From Thermoanaerobaculia bacterium (GTDB taxonomy: Bacteria; Acidobacteriota; Thermoanaerobaculia; Multivoradales; Multivoraceae), in the NCBI GenBank assembly GCA_963664405.1, contig OY761158.1, positions 864,001 to 928,000 on the forward strand: a DNA stretch of 64,000 nt, read 5' to 3'. This document shows positions 10,370 to 20,853 of the stretch, one piece after another (positions within the stretch are counted from its first letter, which is position 1; each line of letters opens with the position of its first letter). A program made the translations under genes and the position numbers. The notes beneath the pieces are model-generated. The model was not told the origin of the DNA and ran no database searches. It saw only the letters and a list, made by a program, of their open reading frames with translations.

Positions 10370-10950
10370 CTAGACCGACTCGGTGACTCCCGGGACCGGG
10401 ATTCGGTAGCGCCCGTTGGCGTCCGGCAGGGATGGTGGATCAGCATCCCAGGCGTACTTCTCCGGAGCGATGCGGATCTCGGACGCCATCGCCTCTTCGA
10501 AGCTGAGACGCTTGCCGGAGTACGTCGCCATCCGGCCGAGAATGGCGGTCATCGTGCTCATCGCGCCATACTCGGTCTCGTTGAAGGGCTCGCCGCGGCG
10601 GATCGCAGCGAAGAGATCGTCGTGCTCCTGCTGGAAGGGGTCGATGTCCCCTTCGCCGTGGCGCCAACCACCTTTCTTGGTCTGCATGGTGCCCTTGGTG
10701 CCGTGGGCGAACTCGGCGACCTGGTTCCAGCAGTTCTTGATGTGGCGGCATTGGCTGAGCATCGTGGTGCCGTCGGCGAAGGTGTACTCGACGGCGTGGT
10801 GGTCGAAGATCTCGCCATGATCCTTCCCGTTGCGCCACTGTCGGCCTCCCTGCCCCTGGGCTGTCACGGGGTAGGCACCCTTGACCCAGTTGCCGACGTC
10901 GAGGTTGTGAATGTGCTGCTCGACGATGTGGTCGCCGCAGAGCCAGTTGA
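10370..10950 (-). pseudogene. C-terminal fragment of Gfo/Idh/MocA oxidoreductase
   Basis: FNWLCGDHIVEQHIHNLDVGNW...GQGGRQ...AILGRMATYSGK; no N-terminal Rossmann motif. Confidence 0.75.
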
Positions 10951-11330
10951 AGCCGCATCCACCGGATGTGGACTCACTGGACTTCTTGAAGACCTCCTGG
11001 AAGATGCTGTAAGGCGTGTCCGCCAGCACCACGATTCCGAAAGCCCCGACCAGAAGGGGCAGGTCAGGCCCACTTCGTTGAGCCAACGTTTCTTTTCGGG
11101 GCTCCAGGTACTCTTGGATTCGCTCCAGGTAGCGATTCCCCAGCGAACTCAGGCGAGAGGCGCCGCCGAGTCCAACCAGGACAACTCCGGCAACACCGAG
11201 CCCCAACCGCGAGCACGCCGCGCTGATCCGGGGCGACTGTCGCAGCCCACCAGCGACAGAGCTACAAAGGCCATGAGGCCCGGCACCGTTGATGCTGCAG
11301 CGCAACATCGAATCATGGCGCCTCGGTCGT

Positions 11331-13085
11331 TTAGTCCCGGTCCGGCAGCGCGAACACGAAGAGGTTGTTGCCCGAGCTCGGGCGAAGCTCGGGCGTGATC
11401 GAAAGGTTGGTCCAAGCCGCCGACCAGGCGCCGGTCGAAGCGACGACATACTGACGTCCGTCGACCGCGTAGCTGATCGGAAAACCGGTGACTGGCGAGC
11501 CGAGATTGACCTCCCACAGAATGGCGCCGGTCTCCTGGTCCAAGGCGCGGAATCGCCCATTCACATCGCCGAAGAAGACGAGCCCACCGCCGGTGGCAAA
11601 GAGCGACATGGTTGCAGCTCGCTGCTCGTAGGTCCAGGTCGTCCTGCCTGTCGCTACAGATACTGCGTACACCGTGCCCGCCTGATCGGTGCCGGGGGCC
11701 ACCTGACTGTTGGCGTCGAGGGCGTAGAGCGGGTTTCCCTCGAAGGTAGAGGTTATGCGTGCGCAGGTGTTGCGGAGCGGGTTGTAGATCATGTGCGTCA
11801 GCGGGCTGTAGGCGCCGGCCTGCCAATTCTTGCCGCCTTTGTGGGTCGGACAGACGAGCATCTCCTGCCCCAGCTCGCTGAAGATCACCTCTGTGTTCTC
11901 GGTCACTTCGCCGGTGGCACCGTCGATATTGCTGATCACGTTTTGTAGCACGGTCGGCGTCGCCCACAGAAACTCCCCGGTCTCGCGGTCGAGGGTGTAG
12001 ACCACACCCGTCTTGCCCGGAATCCCGGTCACCACTTTTCGTACCTCGCCCGCCTGCAGTCGCGGATTGATCCACCGCACTTCGCTCACATCAGGCTCCA
12101 CCACGGTGTCGACCAGGATGCGCTCGAAGGGGTGGTCTAAATCCCAATGGTCGTTGAGATGCTGGTAGTACCAAGCGATCTCCCCGGTGTCTACTTCGAG
12201 CGCGAGCGTCGAGTTGTGGTAGAGGTGCTGGAGGTCTGCGCCACCCAGAAGGAACTTCGGCGCCGGCGAGGTCACCGACGTTCCGATGTAGATGAGCTCC
12301 AGCGTCGGATCGTAGCTCGGCGCCATCCAGGCGCCGACGTGCTTGCGCTCTTCGAAGGGCACATCACCCCAGGTCTCGTCACCCGGCTCACCGGGTGCTG
12401 GAATCGTTCGCCGCCGCCACAGCTCCTTGCCGGTTCTGGCGTCGTGCGCCACAATCACACACGCGTCCGGCCCACCGCGCGGCCGGCAGCTGCGCCCCGA
12501 GATCGCTCTGCCGTCGGCAATGATGGGTCCGGAGCCCTGGATCGCAGGCTGTTTCTTGTAATCGAGGATCTCGGTGTCCCAGACCAGCTCCCCCGAAGTC
12601 GCGTCGAGGGCGAAGATGTGGTCGTCGTAGCTGGTATCGATGATCAGACTGCCATAGATCGCGATATTACGGTTGTTGGCACCCAGGCTGCCGACGTGCT
12701 GCACGACGTCGTCGGGAAGGTCGCGCCGGTACTCCCAGATGAGGTCACCGGTCATCGCGTCGATCGCCTGAATGACATCCTTCGGGTTCGGCATGTACAT
12801 GACACCGTCGTAGACCAGCGGCGTCCCCTGCTGGCGGCCCTCGGTCAGACCTCGAGACCAGACCAGGCGCAGATTGTCCACGTTGTCGCGGGTGATCTCT
12901 TCGAGCGGGCTGTAGGCCCAGCCGTCGAGCGTGCGGCGCCACATCAGCCAGTCGGCGTCGCTGGGGCTCTGGAGCATGGCGTCGGTGACCGGGATGAAGT
13001 CGTTCTCCCTCTGGGCCTGGGTGGCGACCTGTCCGCTGGCCGACAGCATGATCGCAACCGCGATCAACAAGCCGAGATTTGCCAT
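11331..13085 (-). CDS. PQQ-dependent (alcohol-type) dehydrogenase, secreted
   Basis: Start MANLGLL after GGAGGAG; DWLMWRRT..GWAYSPL..IT..NV..L, QGTPLVYDGVMY, WDLD, ISYAVDGRQYV. Confidence 0.88.
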   Translation of the reverse strand: MANLGLLIAVAIMLSASGQVATQAQRENDFIPVTDAMLQSPSDADWLMWRRTLDGWAYSPLEEITRDNVDNLRLVWSRGLTEGRQQGTPLVYDGVMYMPNPKDVIQAIDAMTGDLIWEYRRDLPDDVVQHVGSLGANNRNIAIYGSLIIDTSYDDHIFALDATSGELVWDTEILDYKKQPAIQGSGPIIADGRAISGRSCRPRGGPDACVIVAHDARTGKELWRRRTIPAPGEPGDETWGDVPFEERKHVGAWMAPSYDPTLELIYIGTSVTSPAPKFLLGGADLQHLYHNSTLALEVDTGEIAWYYQHLNDHWDLDHPFERILVDTVVEPDVSEVRWINPRLQAGEVRKVVTGIPGKTGVVYTLDRETGEFLWATPTVLQNVISNIDGATGEVTENTEVIFSELGQEMLVCPTHKGGKNWQAGAYSPLTHMIYNPLRNTCARITSTFEGNPLYALDANSQVAPGTDQAGTVYAVSVATGRTTWTYEQRAATMSLFATGGGLVFFGDVNGRFRALDQETGAILWEVNLGSPVTGFPISYAVDGRQYVVASTGAWSAAWTNLSITPELRPSSGNNLFVFALPDRD

Positions 13086-13302
13086 TTGGCTCTCTCCTCC
13101 AGTTCCAGACCCAGGATTGGAGGGCATGCTACCACACTCCCCGCCGTGTCTTGGACGAGCCCGCCCCCAGCGAGTCTCCCAGAGCGCCTCCAGAGGCGGG
13201 AAAACCGCTGGTCCGACGGTTTGCACGGCTCTTTCGCTGGGACCGAGCGCACCGGTCCGTCTGCTCGCTGAGCGCGCTCCTTGGTACTCGCTGGCGGGTC
13301 CG

Positions 13303-14643
13303 TCATCCCGGCTCCAGCAGAGGCAGCATGAGTCGGGAGATTCTGCGGAGGATGGCCCGGAAGAGGCGCTGGGGCACCGCGACCTCCGCCATCTGGAACG
13401 TGACGTACCTGGCTGAAGACACGACCTTCGCACCGATCTTGATGAGCTTGTCCCGTAGCGTCGTCAGCGACCAGTGGCTGACGCCAGGCGGTAGAGCGAC
13501 ACGGCGGAGGAAGTTCCCCAGGTTGTACGCCAGCGCGAACAGCTGGAGACGGACCTGGTTGTCCACGAAGTCGTGGCAGGACAGCTTCGTCCATTTCAAC
13601 GCGTTCTTTCCTTCCTTGATCCATTGCTCCGCCACACCGCGTCCGTTGTAGAATCTCACCACTCCTGCCGCGTCGCGGCGCAGGTTGGTCACGATGAAGC
13701 CAACGCGGGGAAACAGCTCGCCCCTGTGCCACTCCACCTTTGCCACCACGCGGCGCGCCCTGTCCCAACTTTCCGCACGATACGAGAAACTCTCGTACCA
13801 GATGATCGGCTTCTTCGGCGGACGGCCCACGGGGCGAGTCAGCAGATGCTCGATTTCGCGCTGCAGCACCCTATTGGCCGGAAGGCGGATGGCGTAGAGG
13901 TATCTTTCCTGCTCCAGGAACGTGTAGATGTCTGGGTTGGCGAAGGCGGCGTCTCCTCGGAAAAAGCGTCGAAGCTTCTCGTTACGGTAGCGAGCAACCA
14001 CCGGCTCGAGCACCGAGCGCCAGTCGTCCGCGCTGTGGACGTTCCCCTCGCGCAGTATCGCCCGCTCCAGGTCCCCGAATTGGTTGAAGCAGAACAGTGG
14101 ATGGTAGCAGCTACATCGAAAGTGACCGTTGTATGCAGAGCCCTCCTGACGGCCATACGTCTCGCTCACCGAGCTGTCCATGTCGAGGATGATCTCGCGC
14201 TTTGGTTTCCGCTGCCGCAGCCGGTCGATCCACTTTCCCGAAAGGTCCATCAAGGCTTCCAGATTCTCACGCCGAGTGAGGACCGCCGTCTCGAACCTAC
14301 TCATCTGACTGGTCGATGCGGCGTTGCGCTCCTTCGCCCTGCCGCCTACGACATGGCGCATCGCAGGGTCTACCGACAGCCGCTCCGCATCGTTGGTGTC
14401 TTCGTATCCTGCCAGGCGGCTGAACACCGATTGCCGCAACAGGGCCATCATGCTGTGCTGGGTGTTGCTCCCGGTCCGCCAGTCCGCCAACAAACCGCTC
14501 GCTGTAGTAGTCAGTCGCAGCGCCTCGTCCAGTTCTCGGTAGGCCAGCAGACCCGCATCGCTGGTGACCTTGGAGCCGTGGAACTCCAGCTTCAGGCTGC
14601 GGTCGAAAACGACTCTGAGAGCGCCTTTCCCTCTTTCACCCAT
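13303..14643 (-). mobile_element. IS1380-family transposase (element ~13110-14749)
   Basis: [43 protein letters not shown]; end CCCGGATTTCCCAGATG at 14749. Other end uncertain. Confidence 0.9.
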
Positions 14644-14749
14644 CAGATTCTCCCGATCTGCTCGCGCCGAAAGCGAGGAAAGCCTTTGTTCATGCGGCCG
14701 ATCCAGGGTTCATTATGCCCGATTCAGCCTCCCATCTGGGAAATCCGGG

Positions 14750-14907
14750 ATGAAGTCTTTCCCTGCACCGGCGCTAACAAGTATGGCCTGATCGAAGACA
14801 TCGAGGTCGACGATCGAGGGCTGGTCTACGCGCCCACCGGACCGGGACTCGGCTACGAGATCGATTGGGAGCTGGTGAAACGGGAGCACACAGCCACCGT
14901 CGACTAG
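14750..14907 (+). pseudogene. C-terminal fragment of mandelate racemase/muconate lactonizing enzyme family
   Basis: DDRGLVYAPTGPGLGYEIDWE; begins at the IS1380 end. Confidence 0.65.
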
Positions 14908-14947
14908 CTGGCGACGCGTCAGGCCTGGTTTGTCGCCAGGAAGGTGA

Positions 14948-16036
14948 CTAACGACCGCTGGGCTCGCCCGCCTCGCGCTCCAAGAGTCGCGAGCCTCGGA
15001 GGATGTTGCCCATCGCGTAGTTGCCTTCGTGACACGCGAACTCGTAGAGACGATCGCCGCTCTTCATCAGCATCACCCCGGTGAAGGGCCTGGTGTACGT
15101 GGCCGGGTCATCGACCGTGAACTCGTAGCGCAAGGTACCTTCGTCGATTCGCTGAAAGCGCTCGGTGACCCGCATGTGCTTGGCGTTGCCGACGGAGGCG
15201 ACGACGTCCGCGGAGAAACTCGTGACCTTCGAGCTGAAGTTGGTCGTCTCCACGACCAGCGTATCGCCGTCCCAGCGCCCCAGCGAAGAGCCCATCCAGG
15301 GCCGGATGTGCATCGGAAGACGACCGCGACCGTCGATCGGCACGATCCTCGCGTCGTGCACCATCTCGTTGAGGATGACCACGTGGTCCTCGGTCTGCAC
15401 GATTCTGATGTTCTGGTTGTAGCCGGCCGGGATGATCGGAGGGCCGGAGTTGAAGCCGAGCAGACAGCGCTCGGCAAGACCGCGGCTCTCGGGTCCGTCG
15501 TTGCCGATCCCTCCGACGCGCAATCGAACGGGTAGATCAGTTGGCAGGTCATCTCCTGTGCTTTGCCCACCGACACTCCGGGAGTGAACATCGTGCTTCT
15601 GGACTCCTGGCTGGGTGGGTGGCAGGCGGCCATTCGGCGGATCGATGATCAGAGACGTGCGACGGTCCGCGCTGACTCTGGCTCCGCTGTCGAACCAGAA
15701 GCTGTTGTAGGCGCCGACGCCTTCGGGCGGAGCCTCTCGATCTGGGTCGCTCGGCTGGTCTCGCTCTGCCGCTCGCGCTGCCGCCTTCGATTCGATCTCG
15801 GCGGCTTCTTCTTCGCTCAGCACCGCCTGCTCGGCCTTGTCCTCGGATCGGATCAGTGGGGTCAGAGTCCGAAAGTCCCAGACCCCTTCGAGATCGGGGC
15901 GGCCGTTCGAGGTGCGCCTCGGCTCAGAAGGGTCGGCCTCGGCCGCAAGGGTCGGCGTCGAGATGAAGAGAAAGGCGAGGCTCAACATCAGGGCCGAGGT
16001 TGCTGCTTTGAATTGGATTCGTTCTTGTCGAGGCAT
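14948..16036 (-). CDS. Conserved hypothetical secreted protein
   Basis: Signal peptide; GRPDLEGVWDFRTLTPL, RTSLIIDPPNGRLPP, GRWDGDTLVVET, YEFACHEGN. Confidence 0.8.
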   Translation of the reverse strand: MPRQERIQFKAATSALMLSLAFLFISTPTLAAEADPSEPRRTSNGRPDLEGVWDFRTLTPLIRSEDKAEQAVLSEEEAAEIESKAAARAAERDQPSDPDREAPPEGVGAYNSFWFDSGARVSADRRTSLIIDPPNGRLPPTQPGVQKHDVHSRSVGGQSTGDDLPTDLPVRLRVGGIGNDGPESRGLAERCLLGFNSGPPIIPAGYNQNIRIVQTEDHVVILNEMVHDARIVPIDGRGRLPMHIRPWMGSSLGRWDGDTLVVETTNFSSKVTSFSADVVASVGNAKHMRVTERFQRIDEGTLRYEFTVDDPATYTRPFTGVMLMKSGDRLYEFACHEGNYAMGNILRGSRLLEREAGEPSGR

Positions 16037-16374
16037 CGAGCCTCCTTTCGTGGCCGCGCCCGTCTTCCGGATGCGGGTACTGTCGCACCGGCGCTGTCTG
16101 TGCCCCTAGGTTACACGACTGCACTCGATGAGCAAGAGAATCTGCATTCAGGAGTCCTCTTCCTGCCCTGTCGCCGACGAGCAGGAGGTCGTCGCGATTC
16201 GGATCAACACTGGTATACCAGCCTCTAAAGTGTTCTCCGCATTTGATTTAATCTCGATCCATGAGTGAAGCTCAGATCCATACTCCGGGCTGGGGTAGGC
16301 GATAGGTAGGATTTGGGCGGTGATTTCGGGCTCAGGGAGTCAGGTGGTCCTGCCGTGTCCATCATCCGTTGGGC

Positions 16375-16401
16375 AACCCTCGACCTCTTGAATGCCATTC
16401 A
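16375..16401 (-). other. tRNA-Ala(GGC) fragment, att-like remnant
   Basis: Minus strand TGAATGGCATTCAAGAGGTCGAGGGTT resembles the anticodon arm to T-arm start of tRNA-Ala(GGC); remainder absent. Confidence 0.6.
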
Positions 16402-16594
16402 GAGGGCGCCGGTTTGCTGGAGTTTGTTGTGGTTTGAGTTTCCTGTTGTTTCGGTCGAAATCTCTTGGTTCGGTTTGCTGTGGTTTGTTGTGGTTTGCGT
16501 GCTGGCGATTGCTATGTGATTGCTGAGATGTCGCCAGCTTGTGTGGCGCCAGTGATCTCCAGTCATTCGGAAACGCATCAACAAGCGAAGGCGG

Positions 16595-17083
16595 TTACTC
16601 CCCCTCCGACTGCTCCTCGTTGCCCTCCTGCTCGAGCAGCTGTGCGTCCATCAGATCTTTTGGGCGTCCGGCCGCGAGCTTGTTGCTGACCAATTGCCTA
16701 CGCCCAAGCACCGGCAGTCGCATACCTTCGATCTCAGTCTCGATTGCAAACTCTTCGGCCTCGTCGAACTCGACACCGCTGATAGAGGTCATCACGTCGA
16801 CTCGTCTCGGCGGCAGCCCCATCTGGTAGACGGTGCCCTCCTTCTCGAAGTCTCGCTGCGAGACGCCATGGCTCGCCACCGGTGCCCCGAACACGTCCAG
16901 AGCACGCATCAGTCGAGCGGCGTTCTCGGAGCTTGGCGCGACGAAAACGTCCAGATCTCCCGTTGCTCTCGGGATGCCGTGCACGGCTAACGCGTGTGCG
17001 CCCACGATCACGAAGCGCACGCCCGCTTCCCGCAGGGCGGCCAGTAGGTCCCTGAAGTCGTCGTTCAGGACCGGTTCGCTCAA
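16595..17083 (-). CDS. Nucleotidyltransferase-family protein
   Basis: VIVGAHALAVHGIPRATGDLD...K..AGRPKDLMD; probable TTG start overlapping the upstream stop. Confidence 0.75.
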   Translation of the reverse strand: MSEPVLNDDFRDLLAALREAGVRFVIVGAHALAVHGIPRATGDLDVFVAPSSENAARLMRALDVFGAPVASHGVSQRDFEKEGTVYQMGLPPRRVDVMTSISGVEFDEAEEFAIETEIEGMRLPVLGRRQLVSNKLAAGRPKDLMDAQLLEQEGNEEQSEGE

Positions 17084-17352
17084 TCCGATGTGCCTGATCG
17101 AAGGACCGTACCGGGCATGTCTGCGCGCTCGTAGTCGGGGATGTCGCGACCTGACAGTCGCCAAGAGAGTACGGTCAGAGGCCACATCATCGCCAACCGC
17201 TCACTAGCAGTCGTCTGCGCGCTCAGGTCGTCCGAGGGCTCGACGCCCAGGTTGTAGCGCCGAATCGGCCATTTCTGCCGGGCGCGGCGTCGGTGGTCGC
17301 GAGCCTCGTCCTCTGAGACTGCGGCCCGTCGCTTCGTTGAACGAGCTTTCAC
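17080..17352 (-). CDS. Small hypothetical protein coupled to the nucleotidyltransferase
   Basis: Stop overlaps the downstream start; TTASERLAMMWPLT motif. Confidence 0.6.
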   Translation of the reverse strand: MKARSTKRRAAVSEDEARDHRRRARQKWPIRRYNLGVEPSDDLSAQTTASERLAMMWPLTVLSWRLSGRDIPDYERADMPGTVLRSGTSD

Positions 17353-17861
17353 TGGTTGATTCTACTAAGCGGCTAAGCTCTGGTCGAACGACCCCTCGGA
17401 AGGAGGGGGAGGGATCGGGATTCCTTTTGATGAGCGTGAGGTCGTCCGTTTGCTGCAGAGGAAGCGGACACCCATCAACAAGCGCAACGTCGCCGCCCAC
17501 GCTAGCAGCAACGCGGGGATGAGAGAGGCCAAGATCGGGTGTCACTTTCTCAACCTTGATTCGACTCGACTCGACGCGGCTCGCAAACCTACGGATTCGC
17601 TTCAAACCACTCCTGTTCCGCCAGCCGCGCCCCGCGCAGCATAGTGAACCCCAGAGTGACACCAGATAGACCGATCACGGTCGGACTGACGAGGAGTCTT
17701 GCGTCTCGCTCCTGTGGCACGATGGGTTTGAATGGCGAGCGCTGCGCGATCGGCGTTATACTTACGCGCGGTATCTCTCAGACGGCAAGGAGCTGCTGTT
17801 CGACAGCGTGGCCGATCCGATACAGTCGAAGGAACCTGGCCAGTCAGAAGGAAGCGTCACA

Positions 17862-19367
17862 ATGAAACGAATTACCCTCTTCATTGCCATCGCCACATTC
17901 ATCGCACCGCTTGCGCACGCAATACAGAAGCGCCCAAACATCGTCGTCTTCCTCGTCGATGACATGGGTTTGATGGACACCTCCGTCCCGTTCCTGACGG
18001 ACACAAACGGAAAACCAGAACGACAACCGCTCAACGATTTCTTCCGAACCCCTTCGATGGAACGCTTGGCCAAACAAGGTATTCGCTTCAGTGACTTTTA
18101 CGCGATGAGCGTGTGTTCACCGACGCGGGTATCGATCATGACCGGCCAGACATCAGCGCGACATCACACAACCCAATTCATCAACCCCGAGAGAGACAAC
18201 CGTGGCGGGCACGGCCCGGACTGGCAGTGGAAGGGAATCTCAAAGACAGACGTGACGCTGCCAGCGCTGTTGCGGAAGGCAGGCTATCGCACGATCCACA
18301 GCGGCAAAGCGCACTTTGGCCCGACCGGATCGTTCGGCGCCGAACCAAAGAACATCGGCTTCGACATCAACATCGCCGGATGCTCGTTCGGCAGACCCGC
18401 GACCTATTACGGGACAGCCAATTTTGGGAACGGAGAGAAGAAGCACGAAGCCATACCTGGCCTGGAGAAGTATCACGGCAAGGACATTTACCTGACCGAA
18501 GCGCTGACCATCGAAATGAACGCCGCGATCAGCCAGAGCGTGAAGGACAAGAAGCCCTTCTTCGCCTACATGTCTCTCTATGCCGTTCACAGTCCTTTTG
18601 AGGCCAATCCGCGCTACGTTGACAACTACAAAACGTTGCCCGAAGGCGCGGAGGGTGAATCCGCTCAAGCGTTTGGCACCATGATCGAGGGCATGGACAC
18701 GTCGCTCGGCGACATCCTCGATCATTTGGACGAACTCGGCGTCGCTGAAGACACGATGGTCTTCTTCCTGGGAGACAACGGCACGGATGCACCGTTCGGC
18801 CCGACCCACACTATCGCCTGCGCGGCGCCATTGCGTGGCAAGAAAGGCACACACTATGAAGGCGGCCTGCGGGTGCCCTTCATCGCGGCCTGGGCCAAAC
18901 CGGATCCATCCAGCGCCTTTCAGAAGCGACGCCCCATTGCGCGGGGCGCCATCATCAGCCAGTTGGGCGCGGTTTACGACCTATTTCCAACGGTGCTCTC
19001 GGTAGCAGGCATCACTCCTCTCGACGAACACACCGTCGATGGTATCGATCTGAGTGACTTTTTGACTGGCGAGGCAAGAAAACGTCAACGCGAGTTCCTG
19101 ATGCACTTCCCGCACGAGCATCGTAGCTCTTATTTCACGAGCTATCGCCGCGGTGAGTGGAAGCTTGTCTACCACTACATGAAGTCAGGCGGCGATCGCT
19201 ATGAGCTCTTCAATCTGACCCAAGATCGTGACGAATCGAACAACCTCGCGTCCAAACAACCAGAGATGCTGCGAGAGATGATGACGGCGATGAACGATTC
19301 ACTGGAAGGGGCAAACGCCCAATACCCGATCAAGGACGGAAAGGCCTTGAGACCGTCGCTGAACTGA
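17862..19367 (+). CDS. Sulfatase (formylglycine-dependent)
   Basis: Signal peptide; RPNIVVFLVDDMG, CSPTR, GKAH, YEGGLRVP. Confidence 0.92.
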   Translation: MKRITLFIAIATFIAPLAHAIQKRPNIVVFLVDDMGLMDTSVPFLTDTNGKPERQPLNDFFRTPSMERLAKQGIRFSDFYAMSVCSPTRVSIMTGQTSARHHTTQFINPERDNRGGHGPDWQWKGISKTDVTLPALLRKAGYRTIHSGKAHFGPTGSFGAEPKNIGFDINIAGCSFGRPATYYGTANFGNGEKKHEAIPGLEKYHGKDIYLTEALTIEMNAAISQSVKDKKPFFAYMSLYAVHSPFEANPRYVDNYKTLPEGAEGESAQAFGTMIEGMDTSLGDILDHLDELGVAEDTMVFFLGDNGTDAPFGPTHTIACAAPLRGKKGTHYEGGLRVPFIAAWAKPDPSSAFQKRRPIARGAIISQLGAVYDLFPTVLSVAGITPLDEHTVDGIDLSDFLTGEARKRQREFLMHFPHEHRSSYFTSYRRGEWKLVYHYMKSGGDRYELFNLTQDRDESNNLASKQPEMLREMMTAMNDSLEGANAQYPIKDGKALRPSLN

Positions 19368-19541
19368 CGGACGGCCGCCAGGCATGCCGCAGGCGTGAGC
19401 GCGGAGGAGGCTGCCCGCACCATAGATATGACCCATCACACCGAGATCCCCATCCTAGAGCCGGGCGCGAACCTCCTGGCAGTAGAACGGATGTACATGC
19501 GGCTGGAGAATCCTGACTGAGACACGAAGGAGCGCGTCACG

Positions 19542-20174
19542 ATGAGTAAGAAGCAGACCCGCCGGGAGTTTCTACAGCAGTCTTCTCGCCTGGTCGCCGG
19601 CACTGCCTTGGCGGGGCAGGTCGCGACAGGGGCCGGTGCCCAACAGGAGCGGCCGCCCAACCTCCTCTTCTTCTTCCCCGATCAGCACCGTCCCGACTGG
19701 ATCGGCTACGGTCCCAACGCGCTGCCCATCTCTACGCCCAACCTCGCGCGCCTGGCTCGCACCGGCGTGAGCTTCAACCGGGCCGTCGTCTCCTCGCCCA
19801 TCTGCGCGCCCTCGCGTGCCTGCCTGGCCGGCGGACGCGAGTACGACCGCTGCGGCGTGCGCAAGAACGGCATCCCGTATCCACGAGATCGCACCACCTA
19901 CTACCGTCTGCTGCGAGACGCGGGCTACCACACCATGGGAGTCGGCAAGCTCGACCTGGCGCAAGGCACCAGGGACTGGGGCTCGATACACGCCGACGCC
20001 TGGGGCTTTTCGGCGATGATCAACAACGCCGGCAAGGCCGCGGGCATGGGGGCCTACCTTAGTGACCCGGTCGGACCCAAGGGCCCTTACTACGAATATC
20101 TCGACTCTCTCGAGCCACCTCGAGGCCGCGTCTGCGCCGAAGACCTTGCGCGGCGCAGCTCCAACCGTCCTGAC
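19542..20174 (+). pseudogene. Tat-exported sulfatase truncated by IS6
   Basis: TRREFL leader, PNLLFFFPDQHR, CAPSRA; frame runs into the IS6 IR at 20175. Confidence 0.82.
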
Positions 20175-20853
20175 GGCACTGTCAAGTTAATCCTGCCGGT
20201 GCGAGCTTGTGCCGCGGACGAGCCTTGATTCCGAGTTCAGCAGACGCACGTCTCCTGTCTCCAAACGCCGAAGGAGCGATCTCGCAGCGTCCGGTGGTTG
20301 GCTGAGCTGACGAGGTGCCGCCCAACGCGGAACAGATTCTGGATGACTGCGTGAGCGGAGAGGAATCGCTGCGCCTGGCCGGGCGACTTGAAGCGGCGCA
20401 TCTGTCGCTCTCGCTGCCGGGTCGGCTGATGGGAGACCTCGGCACCGTTGTTGGCGTACTGGCTCGTATCGTGCCTGACAGAGGGCATAGTGGTCCGGTG
20501 CGCTGCGCCATAGCTCCTCAACTTGTCGGTCACCAGGAGCACCGGCTCTGCCCCTTGGCCCTTCAAGAGCTTGCGGAAGAAGCGTTCCGCTGCTTTTCGA
20601 TCACGGCGTGGCTGCACGAGGATGTCTATGACGTCGCCATCCTGATCGACGGCACGCCACAAGTACTGCCTCTTGCCCTGGATGGTCACGAAGAGCTCGT
20701 CCAAGAACCAGGTGTCACCCAGTCGGCCGCCTCGCCGCTTCAGCTTGCGGGCGTACTCCGTGCCGAACTTCCGGCACCATTGACGGATGGTCTCGTAGGA
20801 GACGACGATTCCTCGCTCCGCCAAGGAGATCCTCCACATCTCGGAAGCTCAGG

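Noticed and set aside
10370-11560. 396-aa ORF as an intact gene
   Set aside because: Only the C-terminal ~190 aa are oxidoreductase-like; the rest overlaps the PQQ gene and unrelated DNA.
13573-14907. 444-aa plus-strand ORF
   Set aside because: Antisense shadow of the IS1380 transposase fused to a racemase tail.
16375-16401. Functional tRNA gene
   Set aside because: Only the anticodon arm and start of the T arm are present; no acceptor stem or D arm.
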